From the NCBI GenBank assembly GCA_053919585.1, contig CM132806.1: 64,000 bases of DNA; one strand, 5' to 3'. The notes under the pieces were generated by a model that saw only the letters and a list, made by a program, of their open reading frames with translations, searched no databases and had not been told where the DNA came from. The stretch comes from Euprymna scolopes (taxonomy: Eukaryota). This document shows, in pieces, positions 26,001 to 39,400 of the stretch; within the stretch, counting starts at the first letter, position 1; each line of letters opens with the position of its first letter. The translations under genes were made by a program, and so were the position numbers.

Positions 26001-27675
26001 CGGTCGGTGACGCCGAGCCGGCCCCGAGGTAAATCTTTCCTTTTCGTCGGTCTCTCTTACGCACCCACACAACACACAAACACACGGGCGCTTGTCTCCT
26101 GGATGCACATTACAAATTGTTCATCTTGATTTCCAAACCTCCTAGATTTAGTGGTAATAGGTTTACAGTCCGGAGAAAGGTTTGCAAAAAGAGATGTTGT
26201 TTCTATTAAAGCAGACTGTACACTGCAGGAAACAGAGCTAGGGATTTGGAGACTTCCCTTATGACCACCAAAGTTAAAAGAACACTAGAATACTGCCTCA
26301 TGAAGTTTTGGTCGAGAATGACATCACTGCAAAGATCCGGTAAAATTTCAAATTTTGTGTTAGCATACCACTCACCTTGTAAATTGATGTTGATGGTACA
26401 CTGTCCTTTCACTGGAGCATTAAGTGATGAGGAGGCCATATGTACCCTTCGAGTAGCTGGTTGTACTTTCAATTTATTTTTCTTAACAAAGTCTTCCGAG
26501 ATGAAGGATCCAGAGCTTTCAGTGTCTATCATAGTTGTTGTTTCAGTTTTTCCGACTAGAATGTATACAGAAGTTGGTTCTAAACTACCCGAAGAAGAAG
26601 CAGATGTATTTTCAAAAAAAAATGTTTTTCTTTGTTAGAGGATCAGACATTATGGACATTAGCTTGTGTGATTGTGTAGATGCTGACGTGGCTTGAAATT
26701 GAATGGAAGCAGATGTAGATTTCTGAGAATTTTGACATGCCCTCGCAAAATGACCTTTAACATGACATTTTTTACAAATGGCGGACCTCACTGGACAAAA
26801 TTTCCGATCGTGTCCAGAATACCCGCAAAAATAGCAAATAGATTTAGTTTTTATGAAAGCAGAAGTATCACAAAATTCATCCTCAGATTTATTATGACAG
26901 TTTGGTTCGTCGTTAACAGTAGCCACCGTGTCATAAGAACCAGTGTAAGATTCAGAATAAGCGTAGGATTCAGAATTTTTCTGTGCGGAATAAATAGCTC
27001 TAGCTTGGTCGATGGTTGTATTTAAAACAAGTGTTCTATTCTCAAGCAATCTCTGCCGGATAGAGTTGGAATGTAAACCAGTAATGAAGGGATCACTGAC
27101 GCAAGCGTCTCTGTTTTCAATAGCATTAACTGCCTGAATTTCACAACCTTTAGCTAACAACAGTAACGATTCTACATATTCATCAATGTTTTCATCGTCT
27201 TTTTGTCTTCGAGTGGACAACATATGTCTAGCAAAAATTTCGTTAGTGGGTTTTATATATAAATCACTGGGACGATTCAGAGCGGAGGCATACGTCGCAT
27301 GTTCTGTGATGTATTTGTATATGTCGGAAGAAACATGATTTATCAAAATGTCTAATCTGTCAATATCAGTTGTGTTCTCGGTGGTTGTTCTTCATATGAG
27401 AGACGATATAGTCCGAAGTCAATGTTTAAATGTTTTGTTTGTGCCGGTTGATCTAAGAGAGATATCCAGACGATTAGGAATTAAAAATTTGTCCATATTT
27501 TTTTTTTTTTTTTTTTTTTGATTAGCTCATTAAATTGTTGTGAAGTGAGAACAAAAGACACGTTTACTAGAATGAAGGCTTTAATGAACTAATAGTAAAT
27601 ACTAAAGAATACAGAGCAAGGGGAGATAATTAGACAACACAGTAAACACAAAATATGAGTTTTAATATTACGACA
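23002..27675 (-). mobile_element. Ty3/Gypsy LTR retrotransposon B (short LTRs, related to A)
   Basis: LTRs at 23002-23144 and 27536-27675; perfect TSD ATATG; PPT at 23145-23160; gag with CCHC knuckles (26612-27346), protease (IDT), RT (YVDN), RNase H/integrase (23790-24623). Confidence 0.95.
25547..26114. mobile_element. Solo LTR nested in the pol gene of Gypsy B
   Basis: TGTA...TACA termini, 5-bp TSD AATTG, internal tandem duplication of about 42 bp; pol sequence resumes on both sides. Confidence 0.85.
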
Positions 27676-28322
27676 ATATGTATATCAAATAATAAGAAAA
27701 GGGCAAATTTTTACTGTTATTATTTGTCATAGGGGCTGAAATTTCTGCCTTTATTTTTATCATATCTAGTCTTTAGTTGGTACTCTAGCACACATTCATT
27801 GCCCTTATATTGTAAATGTTGGGCGATACAACTTGAACAATGTTTATTTGAAAAAAAGAAGTAAAAATTATTCTGGCAAAACCTTTGTAAATTGTTGTGT
27901 TTTAATGACTTACGGCAGAGTCATCACTTGTAGGATATGAGACCCGTAGGATAATCAATTGATAATCAGGATGTATCAATTTTTAGGACCGTGGTTGCAT
28001 GTGTCATAATTTTATTGAGGTCAAAAGTAGGAGTGTATCCAAAGAAGATAAATTTAACAGGATTGCCAATTAATAGAAAGGTTTCATTAATCCACATCAT
28101 TATATAAAGAAATAAAAATGAAATCCATAAAATAACAACATGACAAAGAACATGAAATCGTAGTATTGTTTCATGAACAGCAACAGGTGTTACACCATTT
28201 GGAGTAACGCCCCTTGGAAGTGACCGGTGTAAGAAGAGTATTAAATAAAGATGGTTGTCGAGTAAACACAACGACTAGTTTTATGTTATATTTTATCCGT
28301 GGGCATCTTCACACATGAAACA

Positions 28323-28340
28323 TGGTGATAGCGGTGGGAT
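28323..28340 (+). promoter_or_regulatory. Primer-binding site, tRNA-Leu type
   Basis: TGGTGATAGCGGTGGGAT lies immediately after the 5' LTR; 16/18 match to the recalled tRNA-Leu PBS TGGTGGCAGCGGTGGGAT. Confidence 0.75.
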
Positions 28341-28467
28341 GTACAATAAAGAGAAGAAAAAACAAAACGGTGGAAAGGTATCAGAAAAATTTAAAAAAAA
28401 CAGATCAGTAACGTTTAATTTTTCGGTGTGAAAATTACGACGCCACGAGGTGGTGAGGAAAAAAAAA

Positions 28468-30776
28468 ATGTCGGAAGGAGACATGAGTGCAATAAACAGA
28501 CCAGTAGCTAGCATAAGACCACCACCACCCCTTTGTATGGAGCAGAATTTGACAGAGAATTGGAAGCTATTTAAGCTGAAATGGCATAATTATACTATTA
28601 TTACGTATCTGACAACCCAGTCGATATAATATCAAACTGCACTTTTGCTTCATACATTAGGAGATGATGCTTTGAAAGTGTACTACGGGTTTCACTTTTC
28701 AACGCCCGAAGATGAAGGAACGCCTATGGAAATTATTCAGGCGTTTGAGAAATATGCTATAGGGGAAACAAATGAAACTTACGAGCGTTATGTTTTTCAC
28801 ACGAGAAAGCAAGGAGAAAAGGAGACCATGGAATCTTTTATTATGGCACTTCGGACATTTGTAAAAACGTGCAATTTTTGTGACAATTGCGTTTCCTCAG
28901 TACTCAGAGATCAAGTCATGCTGGGAATATGTAACCCTCAGACACAAGCTGACTTACTTAAAATAAGACAGCTGGATTTACAAAGATGTATAGACATTTG
29001 TAAGCTGTCTGAAAATGCTACGTTACAAGCCAGTATCCTAAGGCCTGAGAGAGTGAACCGAGTGGAGTTCAGACACAAGAAAAAGCTAGGGAAAAAAACT
29101 GTGAGAGAATGCAGAGCGTGTACACTGCAACATGGACTGAACAAGGAAGTATGTCCTGCATTTGGCAAGACATGCTACAACTGTAATGGAAAAAATCATT
29201 TTTCTGCGAAATGCAGACTAGCAAGGAAAAAGAAGGTGCAGACTGTCAAAACACAACAATATGAGGATCAAGATGACAGTAGTAGTTCTTCAGACTATGG
29301 GCAGGTAGACAGTGTAACAATAAAAGAAAAAGTTAACGCTGTGAATCATGAGGTGATAAAAACGGAAATGATGGTGAAAGGAAAGCCAATTATTTTTCAG
29401 CTTGACAGTGGAGCATCAGTAAACATACTGAATGAGAAGCATGTAATGGGGAAAACACTGGAGCCTTCAAATAAGACACTGGTCATGTGGAATGGGACAG
29501 AAGTGAAGCCATTGGGAGAGTGTCGAGTCAAAATGATAAACCCCAAAACTGCACAAAAATATGCAGTTAAGTTTGTCATTGTAAAAGAGCATTTCCATCC
29601 TTTACTGGGAGCAAATGCAATTCAGAAGATGGCACTCATCAAAATCAACCAGGACCAGTTCAAAATGATAGCCAAAATTTCTCAAGTGGATGAATCCAGC
29701 AGCCAGAACTCTGACAGCATTATAAACGAGTTCAGAGATGTATTTAAGGAGGAATTGGGTCAGTTACCTGGAGCGGTACATTTGGAGGTGGATACAGCAG
29801 TAACAACAAATGTAGCTGCAGCACGAAGAGTGCCAGTCGCACTGAAAGACAAATTAAAAGTTGAATTGGAGAAACTGGTTAAAAAGAAAGTTATTGAACC
29901 AGTAAGTGAGCCAACTCCATGGGTAATTGCATTGGGATTGGTGATGAAGAAAAATGGAAATCTAAGGATTTGCATAGACCCAAGACCACTAGATAAGGCT
30001 TTGAAAAGGGAATATTTCCAACTACCTACATTGGATAATTTGCTGCCAGAACTGGCTGACAGCAAAGTATTTTCCACCCTGGATTTACGAGATGGATTTT
30101 GGCATTTGAAATTGGATGAAGTCAGCAGTCGTTTGACTACATTTACCACGCCATTTGGTCAGTTCGGTGGAAGGTTTTACCATTTGGGATTACTCCAGCT
30201 CCAGAGATATTTCAAAAGGCCCTCTTTAACAATGTATGGGATTTAGAGGGTATGATCAACAAAGCAGATGATCTTCTGGTGATTAGGAAAGGTAAAACAA
30301 TGGAGGAAGCAACAGCTGATCATGACAAAAAACTGAGAAAACTGTTGCAGAGATGTAACACTAGGAAAGATATAGATGTTTGTCGTAGGTTCAATTTTCC
30401 AGCATTCAATTGAACCTACGACAAACATCTATATCTTTCCTAGTGTTACACGAATGACCCGGTCTAAGCCGGGTTGACATGCTAGTATATATATGTGTAT
30501 AGGTGTATATACATATATGTATGTTCATGAATTAAAATGTGGCACGCGTCTGCGGATGAAATGTCAGAAATTTACAAGCTAAACGGGAATTGCTTCAATA
30601 TTTCTCACAAATATAAACAGACCTTGTTATTGTTATAAAAAATGTAACAGAAAGGAATCTGGTTACGTGGATGTTTTGAAAAGATTGACAGGAAAAATTC
30701 ACAGAAGGAAAAAGATTGCAGTTGGAGATTTGATTGTCAACCAAGTAGACGCCACGATAATTCTCTCTGTCGCTCT

Positions 30777-30824
<48 letters not shown>

Positions 30825-32929
30825 CTCTATCTACCATAAGTAAGCACAACAGGAGAAATAAAAAACGGACTGTTGCTTACACCAATGGTTGTTGTGTTTT
30901 GAATTCTTAGAAAAAGGGTTTATAATATAACACTAGGTCACACGATAACCAGTGATGGGTTACTTCCTGACCCTGGGAAGGTAAAAGCTATAAAATAGAT
31001 GCCATGCCCAACAGATGTTAAAGGCATGCAAAGATTGGCTGGATTTGTGAACTACTTGACAAAGTTTCTGCCACATATTTCCGACGTGATGGCCCCAATT
31101 CGGAATTTAGTGAAGGCAGATGTGCCATGGACATGGTCCCAAATTCATGAAAGAGCTTTTGAAAAAATTAAAAGGTTAGTGAATGAGGCACCAGTATTGA
31201 GATACTATGAACCCAACAAACCTTTGGGCATTCAATGTGATGCAAGTAAGAAGGGTATGGGGGCTGCACTACTGCAGGAAGGTCAACCTCTAGCCTATAT
31301 CAGCCGTGCGCTGACTGACACAGAAACCTGATATGCGCAAATTGAAAAAGAACTGCTAGCAGTAATCTATGCTACCGAACAGTTTCATCAATATACGTTT
31401 GGTCGACAGATAGCGGTACTGACCGATCATAGGCCATTAGAAGCTATCATGAAAAAAGAGTTGGGAAAATGCCCCAAACGACTGCAAAACATGCTGATGT
31501 GATTACAGGCTTACGATGCTACCGTTTTGTACCATCCAGGTAGGAAAATGTTCATTGCAGACACGCTATCAAGAGCATATATCCACGGAGTGAACAGCGA
31601 AGATATGGACAATGAAGATGATGTCAAAGAAGCTGAATACATTCCTGTAACAGAGAGGAGGCTGCTTGAACTAAGCTCAGCCACAAAAGAAGACTGAAGC
31701 ATGCAGCAGTTGCAGCAAGTAATTGTGGAGGGATGGCCAGACGAAAAATACATCTTGACCCAGAGGTGAGACCGTTTTTTGGTATACAAAATGAAATGAC
31801 TGTACAAGATGGGTTAATTTTCAGGGGTAATCGTGTAGTGGTTCCAATTACCCAGCGGGCTATACTGAAGGAGAAGCTGCATTCTACACACCTAGGAATA
31901 GAAGGATGTTGCAGAAGGGCAAGAGAATGTTTGTATTGGCCAAACATGAACAGTGAGATTAGAGACTATGTTTCAAAATGCCCCACATGCACAAAATATG
32001 AAGTAGCCAATCCAGCCGAACCATTAATGGCTCATGAAGTTCCTAACAGACCCTGGGCGAAAGTGGGAGTGGACCTGTTTAAGTTTACAGATAGAGACTA
32101 TCTTTGTACTGTGGAGTGCATGAGCAACTTCTGGGAAATTGATCATCTTCAAAATACAGAAGCTAAGACAGTAGTAACCAAACTGAAACATCATTTTGCA
32201 CGACATGGAATACCAGATCAGGTGGTAACTGATAATGGGCCTCAGTTTAGCAACCAGGAATTTTCCACCTTTGCTAAAAAGTGGTGTTTTATACATACAC
32301 TTGTCAGTCCATACAATAGCAAGGCGAATGGGAAAGTGGAATCTGCAGTAAAAATGGCAAAGAACCTTTTCCGGAAAGCGATGGAGGATAAGGTTGATCC
32401 ATACCTAGCAATGTTGGATCATAGGAATACACCATCTAAGGGTCTCTTATCACCAGCTCAGAAGCTGATGTCAAGGAGAACAAAAACACTTCTCCCAACT
32501 AGAGAGGAGTTACTCAGACCAGAATTGGCCAAAAACCTCAAAAAGTGTGTCAAACGAGACAGCAGGAGACAAGAACAGTTTTTTAACCACAAAGTGCAAC
32601 TACTTCAACCGTTACACCCTGGAGATGTAGTATGGATTAAACCCCACATAAAGGGTCAGAGAGAGTGGAAGAAGGCAATTGTATGGGAGAGACTGGATGA
32701 GCGGTCATACAATGTAAAATTGAATGGGGAGCTATATCAACGGAATAGGGTCGACTTGGAAAAAACTGCAGAAGCACCCCCACTTACATCGTTGATTCAC
32801 CAGCTATGTGGAGTGCAGAGCGAAATAGTCAGGAATGAAGGTAATGGCATAGAAGAGAGAGATGACATCGGCCAACCTGGGTATGAAGGTGAATTGGGAG
32901 AGGGAGTTAACCCGACACCACCCCAATGA
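28468..32929 (+). pseudogene. Gag-Pol polyprotein of Gypsy C, disrupted by frameshifts, stops and an insertion
   Basis: CYNCNGKNHFSAKC knuckle, LDSGA protease, LDLRDGFW RT, CDAS RNase H, integrase HHCC plus VTDNGPQF..NGKVE. Confidence 0.92.
30354..30937. mobile_element. Non-coding insertion in the Gypsy C RT, with a perfect 43-bp hairpin and a Helitron-like 3' end
   Basis: Arms at 30354-30396 and 30408-30450; ACCCGG-n6-CCGGGT plus CTAG at 30457-30485; TAACACTAGG repeated at both ends. Confidence 0.7.
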
Positions 32930-33570
32930 TATGAAGCCTCGAACAAACAAAAGCAAGCCTACGGACAACACGGTCGGGAAGAGTAGTGAGAGATCCTGTG
33001 AGATTCAGGGACTACACGAAATAAAGTAGGGAAGGGCAGAATAATCCCTGTTAGGCAGGAGGGTAGTCTGCCCAATGAATGCCTAGGTCACTTTTTTATA
33101 TATATTTTATTTTAATTCCGTTCAGACGTTTTTTTTTGTTATTTGTTTTCTCCTTTCTTTGAGAAAAGGGAAGATGTTGCATGAACAGCAACAGGTGTTA
33201 CACCGTTTGGAGTAATGCCCCTTGGAGGTGACCGGTGTAAGAAGAGTATTAAACACAATGACTGGTTTTATGTTATATTTTATCCGTGGGCATCCTCACA
33301 CATGAAACAAGTATGTATCAACATGAAATAAACAACATGTATTTATGTGTTAGGAATATTAGTTTAAATTGTTCCAACATAAGTGTTTTCTTGTGGGCAA
33401 TGTTCATAATGAAAGAGTAATGAAGTGAGAATTTTGTGAGAATAGCAGGTTTGAAATTACTAATTTTTTATGATCAGAGTGGCGCATGTGGGCTTAAAGG
33501 TGCATGTGGTTGTTTTTGAGAAGAACAGTCCAAAAATCATATAAGCAAATGCGGGTGTGTGATTTTTTTT

Positions 33571-33575
<5 letters not shown>

Positions 33576-33633
<58 letters not shown>
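33576..33633. repeat. (TG)n microsatellite
   Basis: Direct dinucleotide run. Confidence 0.98.
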
Positions 33634-33635
<2 letters not shown>

Positions 33636-35159
33636 ATAACATAAGAACAGTAGTTTAAAATAAGATTGTTTAAAGGAAGATTAACATTCTTGTTTGATAT
33701 GGTAACTTTCCATGATGAGTATAAACGTTCATGTGCATTGCACATAATATCAGGACAGGGGTTTTAATGTCTCCTGCAGATGGAGTTATTCTAAACATGT
33801 GCTGCTCTTGAGAAATTGAAGAAGAAACAGATTTGATTTCTGGCGGGCAAATCTTTATATACAGACCTTTTTGAACATTCCAGCCTGTTTAATGTATTTC
33901 TATGCAAGGGAGAGTAACATATTTGCTTTTGTTTTATGTGTGCAGTGGTCGCATTACAACACCATGCATCTATGCATTCTTCATATGCATGAGCGTTGAA
34001 ACAGTGATCACTATGACATGTTCCTGTCGGGGATTTATTCAGGCCGGGCATTATGTTTGCCAGAGGGTGACTAAACTTGAAGATAACCATAAATATGTAT
34101 AATATAAAATAATCGGAGAAAGCAAAATTTTAAAAAAGGCTAAACTGCATAAAAAAAGGCTAAATTCGCAAAATTTAGCCTAAAAACGTCGTGGTTCTAA
34201 AATGAGTGATCGATTTACTAGAACCTTGCATTAGAAACTGAGTACTCCCTACAACTATTTAAATACTGGCTTTTTTTTATTTTTTTTTTTTTATTTTTGA
34301 TAAGCTGGTAGTCTAGTGTCCATTCGATAATAATCTGCTGAAAAAATTGAAAAAAAAATAGAGCAGGGATACCGCTTCCATACATGCCTCCTCCTCTTTG
34401 GCTACTGTAAAACAAGCTCTTTCATTTTGCATGTAGCTATTTTTTTTTTTTTTTAATAATTACTACTGTAAAAATACTTTTGTAAAATACTTAGTACGAT
34501 GTAAATATTTTTGCAAAATAATTAGAAAAAAAACAAAATTTTAAAAGGCCAAATACATTTTTTAAGGCCAAATTTAATGAATTTGGCCTTAAAAAAGCCA
34601 ATCTAGCCACCTCGCTGAGACCCGAAAGGGAGGGGGGCATATTAATTTAATTATGAATTATGATTAATTAGAACAATCAAACATTATCTTTCCTAACATA
34701 ACTAAATCCCAGAACTAACGCATATTTTAGTATATATTTTGTGTTATTAAAGTAGATAGGAAAAAACTTGGGAGAAATAAACATTAATATCCAATCAGAG
34801 AACAGCAATTTTTCAGTCCGACTCCAAAGCACAAGAAAAATAAAATTATTTTTTCTAAATGTCTACATTTTTAAACACACGAGCACTTCGCGTATTAACA
34901 GATCAGATCACAGTGCAGGTAGACTTTGTTTATTTGTTTTGTTTATATTGTCTTAAACTACATTATAAAGTGCAAATGTTTGATGGATCATGTTTTTATT
35001 TTGTCCTACTTTTCAATTTTAGATAATGTATTTTTAAATTATTACGAGGAAAAAAGTTATTTCATACGGCAGTTTTTCTTTTGTTTTTGATCATGAACCA
35101 ATATTACATTCATTTAAATTTTTTATCCTTGTTTTTCTTTTAATTTTTATTTTTTATAC

Positions 35160-35725
35160 TCGCGTTCACCTCTATCAAAGTGTATCGCCACTAGGTGAGG
35201 GGCTACTATTTGGGACCATGATTAGGAAAGAGTAACAAGATGTTCTGTTATATTTAAACTTCTGCATATCTGTACAGTCAGGGAAGCAGGTAACAAGAAA
35301 GGAATTCCAAAGTATATATGTTCGAAGGAAGAAACTATTAGTGTAGAAAGCTTTCTAGCATTTAGGGATCTCAGCAGTAAAGGACTAAAGGAGGGGTGTG
35401 ATTTTGTTGCTAATCGGGTTTGTCGGGGATATGTGTGTCGAGGGGGTACAAGTACAACGAGTTCATCCATCAGAGCACATTCTATTAAAATATTTGTAAA
35501 ACAAGCACAGGGATGCAACATTGCGACGATGGGACAGGGGTTGGAGCTTAGTTGACAAAGTGGGACCTATTAAATTAAACTCTTTTTTGGACCCTATCCA
35601 AGAGGGAGAGGCTAATTGTAGATGCATCAGCCCAGGTACTGCAACAATACTCCATACATTGGCGAATGGTCGCCTTGTAGAGGTACAGAATACTCTCAGA
35701 TGTGAGTAGTAAACCAAAAACACGC
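35160..35725 (-). mobile_element. 3' end of a CR1/L2/Jockey-group LINE
   Basis: C-terminal ORF2 motifs EYCCSTWA, LDRVQK and LQPLSHRRNVASLCLFYKYF...CSD. Confidence 0.8.
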
Positions 35726-36416
35726 ACTATTCGTCAGTTTAAAGGTTTTAGAAAAATTATGCGCTTGTGTATTTTTGTTTTTGAAGACAACTTCTTGTTG
35801 TTATCTTTAAGTTCGGTCACCTGGTGTTTACAAATGTTTTGCTCGGGGTTTTTATCTGCAAAATGAAACGAGTTTTTTTTTTTTTTTTAATATATTTTGG
35901 CGAACCTGGATAATCTTTTTTTTTTTCTTTTCGTCTTTTTTCAATTTTTTCAGCAGATTATAATCAATTGGACAATAGTTTACTATAGTATTAAAAAAAT
36001 GCAAAAAAAAAAAAAATAGTAATAATGATAATTATATTTAAATATTTGTAGGGGTGCTCAGTTTTTAATTCAACTTTCTAGTAAATCGATCCCCGATATT
36101 GGAACCAGTCGACGGAAACCTGCATATCCCTCATAATTTTTTCTTTTTTTCATTTTTTTTTTTTTTTTTTTTTTTTTTTCAGCGAATTATTATCGATTGG
36201 ACACTGATCTACCATATTATCAAAAAAATAAATAAATAAAAAACCAATAAATACGATATTTAAATATTTTCAAGGGGTGCTCTCAGTTTCTAACAAAAAT
36301 GTTCCAGTAAATCGATTCCGATATTGGAACCACTCGACGAAAACACACCTCTTTTATATAAAGGATTTTTCATTTATCAATCTAAGGTCAATTATATTAA
36401 AACCTTTATTATCCAA

Positions 36417-39400
36417 TGTATTTAGCGCGAAAACAAATATGGCAACCAATGAAAACAATACTGTAAAGTGTACCGAGTCTGAGACTAGTGCTGAACTGCT
36501 GAATTTATAACACCACATGACGACCAGTGTTCCATTTTACCCAACCTGTCTTATTGGTTATTCCCATTCTCTACATGCCCCCCTCCCCCGCCCACAGCTT
36601 ATGACTGCAACACCAGTGTTTTGTAATTACTTGTTGAGAAAGTTCTGTATAGTTGTGAGTTGGTCCTCACGTTTGTAGAGACAATGGTCTTGGTGGTCGT
36701 GGAATCAGGCTCGTTAGTTTGTGCCTGATCGGGTCTTGATTATCTACCTCCATATTTGTGGCAGATATGTTATCTTCCATCATTACGTCATCATCCATCT
36801 TTTCCACGTCCATCCTCTCGTGTATATCACATAGGAATATGCTGTCCTCCATTCTTGTGATTGGAAGGGTGGTGGTATGAGCGAATAATCTGGCATGTCG
36901 ATGATAGGTTGGGGATCTTCTGGATGAACCGACGATTGCATAGTTTGATCCTGCTGCTTCCATCCAACCATATCCAATATTGTCTATTACCCATGGTCTC
37001 AACAATTCGCCCTGTTTTTGTCCATCATCGTGGATATGGACCCTTCTGATTCTGCACCTTAACAGATTCGCCAACCATAAGCTGTTGGAGTGGACGGCTT
37101 TGCATATTGTAGTGTTCTTTGTTTAGCATATGCTTTTTTGCTATCGTCCTTTCTCTTAATTCTTTAGTTTCTGTCCACCGATCATGAATCTGGTGCTTCT
37201 CGCAAAGTATAGGGAAGTGATCCCTTATTCTTCAACCATATATCATTTCAGGTGGCGATAATCCGAGGTCCCGGTCATCCTATGAGTCATCATCGCCTGT
37301 GCTGTTCGATCGTGATGTAGGTGGCCATAGCCATCAATGCAGTCCATGAGCATTCTTTTGGCTGTTTCGGCTTGGCCATTACTTTGGTGATAATGTGCAT
37401 ATGATATATGTCTTTATGCCCCAGTCTCCTAGGAACAATTTATACTCCAATGAGTCAAATGGTAGCCCTTCATCAGATGATATCTCCTCCAGTGCACCAT
37501 ATGTGTAGAACCAACTCCTCAATGCATCGCATACTGCTGCAGCCTTCCCTGATGGTAGTGGGACAACTTCAATCCAGCTAGTGTATTGATCTGCATATAC
37601 CATGTAACTCCTCCCATGTATATCCAATAGGTCTATGACAGTTTTTTGGAATGGGAATTTTAGGTTTAAGGGTGCCATTAATGGTTCTCTCGGTTGGAAT
37701 AGGGCAATCAAATTGCATTTTTGACATCATGCCCTTGTTTGTCGGATACTAGTGTCTAGACCAGGCCAAAATAATCTTTGTCTAGCGTTAGCTAACATCC
37801 CATTCACTCCTTGATGGATGGAGTGCAGTGCCTCTAGTACCTCAGCTCTAAGCTGCTTTGGTATTTGAATCTTATCCAAACAATATAGTTTGTCTGCCAT
37901 CACCCAGAATCGTTGGACTTTCAGTCGCAGTTCATGTTGTAACTTCGGGAACCTGTCTCGTATATATATTGCTAATGTTTGGCATTCCTTGTCAGTGGCC
38001 GCAGCTTCCATGTTCTATTCCAGGTTATAGCTTTAAATTTGGGGTCATGTACGTACGCAGCTGTGATTGATGCTGAGTAGTATCGGTGGTTCTTAATCTA
38101 TATCTTGGTGCCGGGTATTTAGAAGTGCAGTCCGGTGTGACATTAAGTTTTCCAGGAATGTGCTTAATCCGGAACCTGTACATTAATGATCATTCTTTGA
38201 ATGAAAACAAGCAAGAGTTCTTTGTTTTCTAGGACCTGATCTGAGAATATTTTTACCAATAAATCTGGCCACCCCAAAACAAACATTCTACAAGACTCCA
38301 ATCCATATATCAATGCCAGAGTCACATCCTCTATGGGGAAGTAACAAGATTCTACATTCTTCATAAACAGGGATCCGGCCAAAATCATTTTCCAGTGGTC
38401 CTTACCACAGTTAGGTCCTAATTCCGTTGGGAATTGTCATTTTTTTTTGAAACAGAAAATACCCGATGCCAACCTTGTTATAGTCCATTAAGAGGCAAGT
38501 TGTCCTGTTCATCTCGAATGTTTTGATCCCCTCCCCGATTTTCCGAACAATGTTTTTTTTTAACTTTTCTGAAAAGCTCATTTAGAGTAGCATCCCAATA
38601 GAATTTTATGGTTCTTTGTGCGCAACAATTCTCGAAAGGGGGATATGATATCAGCCTGTTAGCCTGTGAAAATGTATCTGATACCTGGTTAACTAGTCCA
38701 AACAACAATCTGATGCCAGTGATGTTTGTCAGCGTCAGGAAGTTGATAGTGGCTTCAGTCATTTTTTTTTAGTTGATTGTACACCATCAGATATTATTAA
38801 AAAGCTGGCAAATTCGATTTCTTTACCTGTAAATTGAAACTTATCAGAATTGAAGACAATTCCATTTCTGCTGCAATGAATGATAAAGTCCACTGTGTGC
38901 CAGACAGCAGATTGCATAGTTTTATCCCAGAAAAGGGTATCATCAATACGAGACTTTTGGGCATGTCTACCATAATGTCATCAAACCAGCAAGTGTACCC
39001 ATCACCAGAGGCATAGAAACCTTGAGATGCTCTAAAGTACTGATAACAGCACCACTCTGTTATGAATGTGGTTATGTCTCAGGCCATTGGAGAGAGCAGT
39101 AAACTGTTATATCTGTTCCACGCATCTAAAACTGTTTTTATTTTTTATTTTTTGGGGTTCACATGGGCACAACAGACACTTCGTTAAATGGGGATGGAGT
39201 TTGATGGGTTTCCCTCATTATTATGAAATTCAATTTTTGTAAGTCTACCATCCTTCTTGGTGACCCATCCTTTTTTGGTGCAACCATTATCCTCAAACAC
39301 CAGACCATAGGTGTACCTACTGGTATTATCTCAATGATGCGCAATGCTACATCTCTATCTAAATCTTCCTTCACCTTCTTTTTCCAATAATGGGGGACAG

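Larger units (their letters stand above)
28167..33309 (+). mobile_element. Mag/SURL-like Gypsy LTR retrotransposon C
   Basis: LTRs at 28167-28322 and 33175-33309 (TGTT..CATGAAACA); TSD AGTAT; PBS at 28323-28340; PPT at 33161-33174; gag-PR-RT-RH-IN order. Confidence 0.96.
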
